From contig NC_068984.1 in the NCBI RefSeq assembly GCF_001194135.2, positions 52,792,252 to 52,856,251 of the forward strand: a stretch of DNA of 64,000 bases, written 5' to 3'. This DNA comes from Octopus bimaculoides. Taxonomy: Eukaryota. Of this stretch, positions 24,820-36,540 are shown in pieces. A model generated the notes under the pieces. The model worked only from the letters and a program-made list of their open reading frames with translations, ran no database searches and was not told where the DNA came from. The position numbers and the translations under genes are program-made. Within the stretch, counting starts at the first letter, position 1. The number at the start of each line of letters is the position of its first letter.

Positions 24820-26308
24820 AAATGATTGTGTGGTGAAAAATTTGCTTCTCAATACAACTCCAGGTTCAGCCCTAATGCATGGCACCTTGGGCAAGTGTCT
24901 TCTACTATGGCCCTGGGCCAGTAAAGCATCACTGAGTAGCTTTGGTAGGCAGAAACTGAAAGAAGCCCACTATATAAATACAGTGTTTTCGGACTAAATT
25001 CGACAATTTTTGATGTTTCCTTTTCCAGGAACAGCTTGATGAATTGGTGAAGAGTCAATAGCATTAGAAAACACAAAGTTGTAGCTGACATTGAGGGCTG
25101 AAAGTCATCTGAATATTGGAAAAGAGTTAACCTGTATCATGTTGATTTCTACTGGGTGTTGAAATGGTGATATCATGACTGCTGCTCAGTGCTCTGTGAA
25201 CACTTTAAAGGCTGTAAGATATATGAACTGCTGCAATAGAGATTATATAGCCATGACCAGCAGGTATTCTGACTGCTGCATGCCAGAATTTATCCAACAA
25301 CGACAGGACAAAATGATGGAAGATCCAAGCAAGGAAATCCAGGCTTTGGTGTACCATTTGAACAGAACTGCTTAACAAAGGCAAAGAAGCTCCTGAACAA
25401 GCCAATGCATTCTGTTGAGCCAAGGATAATCTGATTCTTCTCAGATGAAAAAACTTCTACCAGGACCTGTTGCACAACACTCAGAATTACAGGTGGCTTG
25501 CCTGCAATCCATGTAATGTCCCACATATAGAAAGCAAGTTCTCCCAAACTGTGATGGTCTTTGGGTGTGTCTCCAGGGAAGGTGATGTCATACTGCCCCA
25601 CATCTTTGAACAAGGCCTTAGGTTCAATTTAGTCAGCTATGTGACTGCTGGAAACTGATCAAATCCTAACTGGAGATGGTTGCTGCTGGAAGGCAACGTG
25701 TATGAAAGTAGGGGTTCAGCTCCTTACCATACCTCTGGAAAGAGTCAGAAGCTGTTGGGAAATTTCTAGTTCACAAGCCCCAATTTTGGCCTCCTAATTC
25801 CCCCAGCTGTAATCCCATGGATTACCATGTGTGAGGCACAGTTGAGAAAAATATCAGCCACTCTACCTGCAAGATCAAGGAAGTGTTCAAAAATCTTCTT
25901 GGGATTACAGTGAGTAACGTATACAACAGGTTCTGGAGCCATCTTGAGGCTGTGGTGAAAACTGAAGGCTGCTACTTTGAGTTAACTGTTGTTGCCCAGA
26001 CATTTTCAAATTTTGATTTTATTAAAATACTTTTATTTTTGATTGGGATATGGTTTATTTTTTATTTCTATTCAAACTGTCAAATTTAGCCCAAACACCC
26101 TGTATATATATTGCATATATGTGTGTGAGTGTGCTTTTGTGTTTTCTCCCTCACCACTGTTTGACAATCGGTATTGATTTCTTAGATGTAAAGAGAATAA
26201 GCAGCAGGCTTAAAAAATATACAAGTACTAAGGTCAATTCAGTCAACTAAATCCTTCAAGAAAGTACCCAGGTATGGCCACGGTCCAATGACTGAAAGAA
26301 GTAAAAGC

Positions 26309-26310
<2 letters not shown>
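24820..26310 (+). mobile_element. tRNA-derived SINE split by a Tc1/mariner insertion in its (TA)n linker
   Basis: The head (~24820-24970) contains CCTTGGGCAAGTGTCTTCTACTAT and GAAAGAAGCCC. The degenerate tail (~26110-26310) ends in ATGACTGAAAGAAGTAAAAG. Confidence 0.65.
24981..26102 (+). mobile_element. Defective Tc1/mariner-superfamily DNA transposon with both TIRs and TA target duplication
   Basis: The left TIR CAGTGTTTTCGGACTAAATTCGACAATTT matches the reverse complement of the right end (CAGGGTGTTTGGGCTAAATTTGACAGTTT), and TA flanks both sides. Transposase relics include FFSDEKNF, NTQNYRWLA, VMVFGCVSREGDVILPHIF and a degenerate WPPNSP..NPMDY. The ORF is broken. Confidence 0.88.
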
Positions 26311-26338
<28 letters not shown>

Positions 26339-26340
<2 letters not shown>

Positions 26341-27165
26341 GGGTGCAGTGAATATATTGTCATCTACATTGTGCAAAAATGAAAATAACACTGACATCTC
26401 ATTTTAACAGATATATTTACCAAAATTACATAAAAAGATCTCTAAACACTAAAGAGTAAATTTATTCAATAAAATCACAATTGACTTCGACCATGCTCCA
26501 AATGACATTGGAATCTCCTGCAACTCTTCTGGATGGTCTCTTTGTTTAAGTTGCTGAATGCTGCCATAATCCTTGCCTTCAGTTTATCTTTGGTGTCACT
26601 AGGAGTTGTGTTGGTCCCTTGCTCAACTGTGTCTCTCACATAATAATCAAGGAGGTTGCAGTCTGGCGAGTTAGGGGTGATGTGGTTTCATAAATTTGTC
26701 TGACAGCTATGATTGGGTTCTGCTTGTATGGCATGGTGCTGAGACATGTTGCCAGACATAGGGTTTTCCAGCAGCCAACCTCTTGACCCAGGGCAGCATG
26801 CACTTGATGTAGACGTTCATGTTGAGTCTGAGACCATGTTGGAAGATGAATGGAGGCATAACATTACCATCACTAGTGATTGCTCCAAACACCATGATGT
26901 CAACTGGATGTTTGATATTTATCACTCTTGGTACGGTTGTTGTGTGTTCACCCTCTGTTCATATTGGTGCTTCCAGCATGAATGTCAAGCAGTACAGCAT
27001 GTTGTTTCCAAATTTCTTTGCAGGGTGAATTGTGTCATGGTGCTCTTTTTCTCACAGACAATACCCAACTGACCTTACTATACTGTGCAGTCAACAAAAT
27101 CAAAAACAGTGCTTATGTGAGAAATTAAAATCATAAAATGTCAACAACTTACCCATTGCACACTA
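26339..27165 (-). mobile_element. Second, related but distinct Tc1/mariner relic
   Basis: Minus-strand translation KHPVDIMVFGAITSDGNVMPPFIFQHGLRLN...WQHVSAPCHTSR. Imperfect terminal inverted sequences TAG(G/T)GTGCA lie in TA-rich flanks. Confidence 0.8.
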
Positions 27166-27520
27166 TATATGTATGTATGTCTATATATATATGTGTATAT
27201 ATATGTATGTATGTCTGTATATGTGTGTATATATATGCATTTATAGATATGTATATCTATATATATATGTATCTATATATATATATGTATGTATCTATCT
27301 ATATATATATATATGCACACACACATGTATTATAGCAATTGAAAATAGTTATTATTCCAAGTTGTTTAGGTCCAACTCATCTATGATCAAGTCAACCTAT
27401 GACCAAAGAATTCCACTCATCACCAACTTGTCTTGTGGAAAATTCAAACTCACATTGTTCAATGACACCAGTTTTATTTCAGATAGCATAATCTGTTATT
27501 GGGTTGTATTTTCCATTACA

Positions 27521-27743
27521 TTAACCCTTTAATATTTAAGCCTGTCATATTCTACCTGTTTTAGGTTCAAACTGGCTAGATCCAGCCTCTCACATCTACA
27601 TACATACCATATAATGTCATCCTAGAAATATACAATCACATCATTGGCATCTTGAAACCAAGGGATAATACATGATTAATTCAAAACGATGTGAATAAAT
27701 AAGCATTATATTTGACAAAGTAATCTGAATGCTGAAGAGTTAA
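27521..27743. mobile_element. piggyBac-type MITE (TTAA target duplication)
   Basis: Begins TTAA-CCCTTT and ends GAAGAG-TTAA (reverse complement TTAA-CTCTTC). About 220 bp and non-coding. Confidence 0.55.
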
Positions 27744-28302
27744 ACATAGATTAGGAGGCAAAAATATAATGATTATCATTATCAAAAGTGCCCACTTTTA
27801 GCATAATAACTCAGTAGGAAGAGAAATCATTGCACAGCTTTATAAAAACATTGGTCCAAATTGAAATTAAAGAGTTCTGAAGGAAGAATTACACTAATAG
27901 GCTTGTTGGGAAAATTTGAATCAATACATTACCTGAAGAACTACATTATAACTCTCTCAGTCTTAAACTACCCATCATACCTGAAACTTTCTTTATTCAT
28001 GTCTTTAGATTTAAGAATAATAAATCAAAATTTCAGCTTATAAACATTTATCTTTCATTAGGTTTCTCACACAAAATAAATTGCAAAAGAAAAACAAATT
28101 TTACTAAATCCTTCAAAACAATTATTTTGAAAAAAATCCAATTGAAACACTAAGGTTATCCCCAAATTATTTAATAGCCTCTTGGCTGTGGAATTAAAAT
28201 AGAGTTGACATAACATGATATACAAAAGCAGTATGAGGTGGGGGGGAAAAAACTACTCAAAAAATGTCCCATGGTGAATGAGAACAATGGATATTATTTT
28301 GT

Positions 28303-28882
28303 CACAGAAATTCAAGACGGGATGCCCCTGGGAGCTCCTCTATGCTGATGACCTTGCCCTAATTGCTGAGTCACTATCAGAACTAGAGGAGAAGTTTCAG
28401 GTGTGGAAGCAAGGACTAGAATCAAAGGGCCTCAGAGTCAACTAATAGCACTGTCCGAGCGTGTTCATTGCCAGAGTAGCTGTCTGGCTTCTGTGCTAGT
28501 GGCCCGTAAATAGCACCATTTGAGCGTAATTGTTACCTGCGTTGCCTCCTAGCACTTGTGCTGGTGGCATGTTAGAAAATCATTCAAGCGAGGTCGTTGC
28601 CAGTGCCGCTAGACTGGCTCCCATGCAGGTGGCACGTAAAAAACACCTTTTTAAGCGTGGCCGTTGCTAGTACCATGTGACTGGCCCTCGGGCTGGTGGC
28701 ACGTAAAAGCACCCACTACACACTCGGAGTGGTTGGCGTTAGGAAGGGCATCCAGCTGTAGAAACTCTGCCAGATCAGATTGGAGCCTGGTGCAGCCTTC
28801 TGGCTTGCCAGTCTTCAGTCAAATCGTCCAACCCATGCTAGCATGGAAAGCGGACATTAAACGATGATGATGATAATGATGA
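28303..28882 (+). mobile_element. Internally deleted RTE LINE: RT catalytic core fused directly to the 3' UTR
   Basis: FKTGCPWELLYADDLALIAESLSELEEKFQVWKQGLESKGLRVN (~28311-28442) runs straight into the ~65-nt-repeat 3' UTR and the (GAT)n tail. Confidence 0.88.
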
Positions 28883-29019
28883 AATAAATATATATATAAG
28901 TATAATCCAAGAGAGTTAGGGGTTGATGATCCAACCCACTAAGAGATAATATCTATCCAATATACTGCTGGGAGGGTACCCAATTATTGTTACACTAGTG
29001 TTATACCAAGTACAATAAG

Positions 29020-29212
29020 TGTGTGTTGGTCCCCCAAACATCGCTTGACAACCGATGCTGGTGTGTTTACATCCCCGTAACTTAGCAGTTCGGCAAAAGA
29101 GACTGATAGAGTAAGTACTAGGCTTACAAAGAATAAGTCCTGGGGTCGATTTGCTCGACTAAAGGCGGTGCTCCAGCATGGCCACAGTCAAATGACTGAT
29201 ACAAGTAAAAGA
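29020..29212 (+). mobile_element. SINE 3' module (…ATCGCTTGACAACCGATGCTGG…CAAGTAAAAGAG)
   Basis: Near-identical to 62370-62560. Confidence 0.8.
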
Positions 29213-30165
29213 GAGTATATATATATATATATATATGATGTCATTGGTGAGATATGTGTCCACTTGGATGATAGCTCACTTGCACTAAACGAGGCTGCAA
29301 AGAGAAAGGTCTCGAGACACCACTATGNNNNNNNNNNNNNNNNNNNNNNNNNNNNNNNNNNNNNNNNNNNNNNNNNNNNNNNNNNNNNNNNNNNNNNNNN
29401 NNNNNNNNNNNNNNNNNNNNNNNNNNNNNNNNNNNNNNNNNNNNNNNNNNNNNNNNNNNNNNNNNNNNNNNNNNNNNNNNNNNNNNNNNNNNNNNNNNNN
29501 NNNNNNNNNNNNNNNNNNNNNNNNNNNNNNNNNNNNNNNNNNNNNNNNNNNNNNNNNNNNNNNNNNNNNNNNNNNNNNNNNNNNNNNNNNNNNNNNNNNN
29601 NNNNNNNNNNNNNNNNNNNNNNNNNNNNNNNNNNNNNNNNNNNNNNNNNNNNNNNNNNNNNNNNNNNNNNNNNNNNNNNNNNNNNNNNNNNNNNNNNNNN
29701 NNNNNNNNNNNNNNNNNNNNNNNNNNNNNNNNNNNNNNNNNNNNNNNNNNNNNNNNNNNNNNNNNNNNNNNNNNNNNNNNNNNNNNNNNNNNNNNNNNNN
29801 NNNNNNNNNNNNNNNNNNNNNNNNNNNNNNNNNNNNNNNNNNNNNNNNNNNNNNNNNNNNNNNNNNNNNNNNNNNNNNNNNNNNNNNNNNNNNNNNNNNN
29901 NNNNNNNNNNNNNNNNNNNNNNNNNNNNNNNNNNNNNNNNNNNNNNNNNNNNNNNNNNNNNNNNNNNNNNNNNNNNNNNNNNNNNNNNNNNNNNNNNNNN
30001 NNNNNNNNNNNNNNNNNNNNNNNNNNNNNNNNNNNNNNNNNNNNNNNNNNNNNNNNNNNNNNNNNNNNNNNNNNNNNNNNNNNNNNNNNNNNNNNNNNNN
30101 NNNNNNNNNNNNNNNNNNNNNNNNNNNNNNNNNNNNNNNNNNNNNNNNNNNNNNNNNNNNNNNNN

Positions 30166-31558
30166 CTCGATCTGTAGAAAAGGTGTAGGTAGAAACTCTA
30201 TAAGATTTACCCAGTGTAAGCTATGGACACATAAGAGGTGCAGCAATATCAAAGGAAGGCTAACTAGCAAGATAGTTTTTGTATGTGCCAGATGCTCAGG
30301 AGCAATAAACACTGAAAATGTGCAGAGAACAACTTCCGCCACATTCCAGGGAGAAAAACTAGAAGTGGTTGATAGCTTCCGTTACCTAGGTGACCAAGTT
30401 AGTAGCGGGGGAGCGTGCACTGAAAGTGTAGCTGCTAGAATAAAAATAGTCTGGGCAAAGTTTAGAGAGCTCCTACCTCTGCTGGTGACAAAGGGCCTTT
30501 CGCTCAGAGTAAAAGGCAGATCGTATGACGCATGTGTACGAACAGCCATGCTACATGGCAGTGAAACATGGGCCATGACTGCTAAGGACATGCGTAAGCT
30601 TGCAAGGAACAAAACCAGTATGCTCCGCTAGATGTGTAATATCAGTGTGCATACTCGACAGAGTGTAAGTACCTTGAGAGAAAAGTTGGACCTAAGAAGC
30701 ATCAGATGTGGTGTGCAAAAGAGATGACTGCGCTGGTATGGTCATGTGGCAAGAATGGATGAGGATAGCTGTGTGAAAAAGTGTCACACCCTAGTAATTG
30801 AGGGAAACTGTGGAAGAGGTAGACCCAGGAAGACCTGTGATGATGTGGTGAAGCACGACCTTCGAACATTAGGCCTCACTGAGGCAATGACTAGTGACCG
30901 AGACCTTTGGAAATATGCTGTCCTTGAGAAAACCCGGCAAGCCAAGTGAGACCATAACCTGTGGCCTATGCCAGGGGTGTAACCAGCCCACTTAGGTGTA
31001 CCTTTCTTTCATTGGACACTAAACTCTGCTTATGAAGACCTGTTGAGGCAAGTGAAATCGAAATCAAATCCAATAACAGCACCGCATGACTGGCATCTGT
31101 GATACTGGAGCACTAAGAGCACCATCTGAGCGTGATCGTTGCCAGGGTCACTGACTGGCCCCCATGTCGGTGGCACGTAAAAAGCACCATTCGAGCGTGG
31201 TCATTTGTAGCATTACCTTACTGGCACTTGTGTCGGTGGTACGTAGAAAACATTTGAGCAAGGGCGTTGCCAGTGCCACTGGAGTGGCTCCTGTGCAGGT
31301 GACACGTAAAAACACCATTTGAGCGTGGCCATTGCCAGTACCGCCTGACTGGCCCTCGTGCCGGTGACACGTAAAAGCACCCACTACGTCCTCAGAGTGG
31401 TTAGCATTAGGAAGGGCATCCAGCTGTAGAAACTCTGCCAAATCAGATTGGAGCTTGGTGTGGCCATCTGGTTTACCAGTCCCCAGTCAAACAGTCCAAC
31501 CCATGCCAGCATGGAAAGCAGACGTTAAACGATGATGATGATGATGATGATGATGATG
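30166..31558 (+). mobile_element. RTE-clade LINE 3' portion (PHD-like zinc finger, RT C-terminus, structured 3' UTR, (GAT)n tail); defective
   Basis: Translation SICRKGVGRNSI...WTHKRC...CARC...EVVDSFRYLGD...WAKFRELLPLL...LRWYGHVARM...GRGRPRKT ends at TGA 30947-30949. In-frame stops at 30629 (TGG>TAG) and ~30724 (CGA>TGA). The 5' part is hidden in the gap. Confidence 0.93.
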
Positions 31559-31579
31559 TGCTATCTAACACCCAACATG

Positions 31580-31805
31580 GGGTGTCTGTGTGTGTGTGTG
31601 TCTGTGCTTGTCCCATACCACTGCTTGATAAACGGTGTTGGTGTGTTTACATTCCATAGCTTAGCAGTTTGGCAAAAGTGACCAATAGAATAAGTACCAG
31701 ACTTAAAAAATAATAACAACTACTGGAGTTGATTTGTTCAGCTAAAATTCTTCAAGTTAATGCCCCAGCATGGTATAGTCTTATGACTGAAACAAGTAAA
31801 AGATA
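31580..31805 (+). mobile_element. Degenerate SINE 3' module
   Basis: Colinear with 62350-62560 (GCTTGATAAACGGTGTTGGTGTGTTTAC, AATAAGTACCAG, ATGACTGAAACAAGTAAAAG). Confidence 0.7.
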
Positions 31806-32451
31806 AAGTTATATTAGAATATGTTGTTGAAAGCAAAATATCTTAAAAGAAGGCTTCTTCTAAGCTACTGGATCTGCTAGAAATAGCAGCCAAATCTTCA
31901 CCAAATCCCACAATACAGTCTTTAAAAAAGAAAGACACAACGGGCAATGTAGTCATAGATGTATAAAAAGACTAGTTGATCATAACTAGAATAACTTTGA
32001 CCAGGGCTGACCTGGAGCTAAGCAACAACTGCCTATTGATTCTGTCAGCTATGACTCACATTATCATTCTTAGTCAGTTCATAATTTATGAAGTATTACT
32101 GTTAATGGTTGTCATTATAAAATGGGGTGACATCTGGATTAATTCAAGTTGTTCATCAGACAAGAAATTGTGAAATTCTATTCTTATCTCAGCTAAATTA
32201 TTTACATCAAAAACCCCTCACATCCAAGTAAAAGTTCTTATATATGAAAGAATCTATAAGAATAAAAGGGCGGGGAGAGAATAATATACATTTATACTGG
32301 CAAGTTCATGTTTTATAAAATTTCTTCTTTCTGTTTTGATACTTATATTTATAGATCTTCATAACATTGTTTCAGTATGGTAAGCGTTTGCTGTTTGGAT
32401 CATGTTTAAAGTTTTGTCTCATAGTTAAGATTATGTAAAGTACAACAACAA

Positions 32452-32468
32452 CGTCATCATCATCCTTG

Positions 32469-32514
<46 letters not shown>

Positions 32515-32720
32515 TATCATCATCATTTTAAGGTCCACTTTTCCATGCTTGCAAGAGAGGTGGTTGGAGTTTATTGAGACAGATTTTCTAAAGTTAGATG
32601 CCTTTCCTGTTGCAAACTTTCACCTGTTTTCAAGGAAGTTAATGTTTCTCCATGGCCAGACATGTATTTTTGTTTGCAGAATATTGGAAATGAATGACAC
32701 TGCTTATATGACAGTAGCAC
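32452..32720 (-). mobile_element. Long (CAT)n microsatellite plus degenerate RTE-type 3' tail
   Basis: About 70 bp of (CAT)n, then TTTAAGGTCCACTTTTCCATGCTTGCA...GATGCCTTTCCTGTTGCAAAC, matching the minus-strand tail motif. Confidence 0.6.
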
Positions 32721-32793
32721 TAAAGACAAGGAAACACACACATCCATTTATTCATAGACAGATGGACCAACATACAGACACACACACATACAA

Positions 32794-32794
<1 letters not shown>

Positions 32795-32843
<49 letters not shown>

Positions 32844-32860
32844 GGACAGACACATACATA
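32795..32860. repeat. (GATA)n/(GACA)n tetranucleotide microsatellite
   Basis: Read directly from the sequence. Confidence 0.9.
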
Positions 32861-32899
32861 CATAGAGAAAGATAATTAAATAGATAGAAAGATGGATGG

Positions 32900-33590
32900 A
32901 TGGATGGGTTTCTTTTAGTTTCCATCAACCAAATTCACTCACAAGGTCAGCCTAGGGCTATAGTAGAAGACATTTGTCCAAGATGGCACAGTGGAACTAA
33001 ACCCAGAACCATGCAGATGGGAAGCAAACTCCTTACCAAACAGCCATGCTGGTACTTATCACTTGAACCCATGTCATGATAAGCAGAATGATATTATAAT
33101 GTTTACAGGTGTGGCTGTGTGGATAGGCGTAGGCATGGCTGTGTGGTAAGAAGCTTGCTTTCCGACCAAATGGTCCGAGATTCAGTCCCACTCTCAGTAC
33201 GTTGCACTTTGGGAAAGTGTACTCTACTATAGCCTCAGGCTAACCAAATGGATTTGGTAAACATGAACTGAAAGAAACCAATCGTACTCTACACTGATAT
33301 ATATATACTCTTTTACTCTTTTACTTGTTTCAGTCATTTGACTGCGGCCATGCTGGAGCACCGCCTTTAGTTGAGCAAATCAACCCCAGGTCTTATTCTT
33401 TGTAAGCCTAGTACTTATTCTATCGGTCTCTTTTTGCTGAACCACTAAGTTACGGGGACGTAAACACACCACCATCGGTTGTCAAGCGATGTTGGGGGGA
33501 CAAACACAGACACACAAACATATACACACATACATACATACATACATATATATATATATACATATATATATATACATATATACGACGGGC
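32900..33590. mobile_element. Cluster of SINE pieces: minus-strand head (~32900-33055), plus-strand head (~33105-33290), minus-strand tail and linker (~33305-33590)
   Basis: Each piece aligns with 62154-62560. The two heads form an inverted pair. Confidence 0.75.
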
Positions 33591-34946
33591 NNNNNNNNNN
33601 NNNNNNNNNNNNNNNNNNNNNNNNNNNNNNNNNNNNNNNNNNNNNNNNNNNNNNNNNNNNNNNNNNNNNNNNNNNNNNNNNNNNNNNNNNNNNNNNNNNN
33701 NNNNNNNNNNNNNNNNNNNNNNNNNNNNNNNNNNNNNNNNNNNNNNNNNNNNNNNNNNNNNNNNNNNNNNNNNNNNNNNNNNNNNNNNNNNNNNNNNNNN
33801 NNNNNNNNNNNNNNNNNNNNNNNNNNNNNNNNNNNNNNNNNNNNNNNNNNNNNNNNNNNNNNNNNNNNNNNNNNNNNNNNTATATATATATATATATATT
33901 ATATATATACATTAGCTTAAAAGCTGCCTGATAGGGTGGCTTTTAAGCTAGCTGTTGTGGAGGGCTCTTCATTAGGCCTTGGGCCCAACAATGACACTTC
34001 ATGCATTGAGTACATATTGAATTTTAATAAACTTGTATAATATTTTTCAAGGAATGAACAATTTTCATCAAAACAATGATATAATTTGTCAACCAGGAAC
34101 TTAATTGCAAAGCTGCATGATAAACAACAGTATCACCACCATTTCCACTATATCTTGCATATACACTATTCAGACTTCTGATGCCACCACCATCAATACC
34201 TTTAACTTCACTACCTTCCCCTCCACCACCATCACCTCTGTCTTTCACATTGCTTACTCTCACCAACATCCCTGACTGCCTCGGCTACCACCACCGCCTT
34301 CACCTCTATCACAGCTACAGCTCATACTATTACTATCACCCCATTACCATCAGTGTTCAGTATGTTAATTCAACATTCAACATGCTGGTTCAGTGTTCAG
34401 TCCCTCTTTTTCTCACATACCCACTCTTTCTCTCTCTCTCTTATTATTACTCCCACTTCCACCATCAACACTACTATTTTTAATAAAACATCATCAACTC
34501 TCCCTAAATTTCTTTATCTCTCTTTCTCTCCCTCTCTTTTTCTTTCTCTCTCTCTTTCTCTCTCTCTCCTCTCTCTGTCTTTGCCACTGCCCTTACCGTC
34601 TTTATGCCTACTATTACTCTCACCTCAGCATGAGGAATAGTAGAAGTATCATTGAGTAGTGAGAGAGGGGGGTCAAAGTGTGACACACTGACACACAGAA
34701 ATTAGTTTTTGCATTTATTATATTAGATATATATATTTGTATGTATGTATATACCCATTGCCCATGTTCTCATACTGAATATAAAAGACGCAGTAAATAT
34801 TTTCTGCGGATATATTCCTGGAATTAGCGTGCCAAAACGAAGACTTTTGAATTTTACCATTAAGCTGTAATTAGCAGAACCATATGCAAGCGCACCAATG
34901 GCGGTGGGAAACTCTGTATACGATTCTGATGATTACGGTTCATTAC

Positions 34947-35011
34947 AAATCAGGCTGATGAGGAATAGACAAATGGTAAGAATTTGTTAAATCCGAAACT
35001 AGTTCCTGTTT
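34947..35011 (+). ncRNA. Minimal type-I hammerhead ribozyme motif (Penelope-like-element type)
   Basis: Stem I CAGG/CCTG (extendable by AAA/TTT). Core CTGATGA at 34955-34961. Stem II GGA..GACAAAT-loop-ATTTGTT..TCC. GAAA at 34995-34998. Palindromic AACTAGTT as helix III. Predicted GUU cleavage after 35004. Confidence 0.72.
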
Positions 35012-35658
35012 AATAATGCTTCTTTAGGTGATTTTAAATGTCTTGCCCGCTCACGTTTTTGGTATGCTGCTATATTTCATGTTGAGAACAANNNNNNNNN
35101 NNNNNNNNNNNNNNNNNNNNNNNNNNNNNNNNNNNNNNNNNNNNNNNNNNNNNNNNNNNNNNNNNNNNNNNNNNNNNNNNNNNNNNNNNNNNNNNNNNNN
35201 NNNNNNNNNNNNNNNNNNNNNNNNNNNNNNNNNNNNNNNNNNNNNNNNNNNNNNNNNNNNNNNNNNNNNNNNNNNNNNNNNNNNNNNNNNNNNNNNNNNN
35301 NNNNNNNNNNNNNNNNNNNNNNNNNNNNNNNNNNNNNNNNNNNNNNNNNNNNNNNNNNNNNNNNNNNNNNNNNNNNNNNNNNNNNNNNNNNNNNNNNNNN
35401 NNNNNNNNNNNNNNNNNNNNNNNNNNNNNNNNNNNNNNNNNNNNNNNNNNNNNNNNNNNNNNNNNNNNNNNNNNNNNNNNNNNNNNNNNNNNNNNNNNNN
35501 NNNNNNNNNNNNNNNNNNNNNNNNNNNNNNNNNNNNNNNNNNNNNNNNNNNNNNNNNNNNNNNNNNNNNNNNNNNNNNNNNNNNNNNNNNNNNNNNNNNT
35601 ATATATATATATATATATATATTCACTTGATATATATACAAGAGTTATAATATATATA

Positions 35659-36540
35659 CAGGGTGTTTGGACTAAATTTTACAGTTTGCATAAAAGGAAA
35701 AGAAAACACAATATCCTATCCAAAAATAAACAAGTATTTTAAAAAACCAAAAAATATCAACTATATTATGGCTAAGAAATAAGTTTACTCAAAGTAGCCA
35801 CCCTCAGTTTACCATACAGCCTCTAGATAGCTCTAGAACAAAGTGCATGCATTCCTCGCTGTGTTCCTGAGATCTTCAAACACCTCCTTGATCTTGGCCA
35901 CCAGCTTAGCCTTGGTGTTACAGGCAGAGCAGTTGGTGTCTTTCTTAACTGCACCCCCCACACAGCAATCCATAGGATTATAATTAGGGGAATTAGGAGA
36001 CCAGAAATCAAGTCTGGTGAAATCAGAGACATTCTCATACAACCACTTTTGATTCTTTCTTGAGGTATGGCAAGGAGCTGAATCACACTGCCACACATTT
36101 GGCCTTCCAACAACCCTCTCTAGCCAGGGTTAGACCACAGTTTGCAGTAGAGCTGTCTGAATTGAGCTTAAGGAACTCTTCAATGTGAGGATAAATTCCA
36201 GCCAGTGGACACAGTTAGAATGCCTGTTGTGTCCCTTCCTGCTGGTCACAGCTTCATAGTCTCTATTGCAGCTGTCCATGTCACATTTTACAGCCTTTAC
36301 AGTGTTCATAGAGCATTGATCAGCAGTCATGTCAGCATTTTGACACATGGCATAAATCCTTATGGTACAGGTAACATTTTCCAATGTTCAGATGGCTTCC
36401 AGTCCTTCATGTCAGCTAACTTTTTCTTAACTACAGTTTTAACCTTTATTCTCTCCAACACCATTGACCGTTCACCAATACATCAAGCTATACCTGAAAA
36501 AGGAGACATAAAAATCGTCAAACTTAGCCCAAACATCCTT
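35659..36540 (-). mobile_element. Internally deleted Tc1/mariner, same family as 24981-26102
   Basis: TA-CAGGGTGTTTGGACTAAATTTTACAGTTT at the left end and AAATCGTCAAACTTAGCCCAAACATCCTT-TA at the right end. Minus-strand WQCDSAPCHTSRKNQKWL...FWSPNSPNYNPMD. About 240 bp shorter than the sister copy. Confidence 0.88.
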
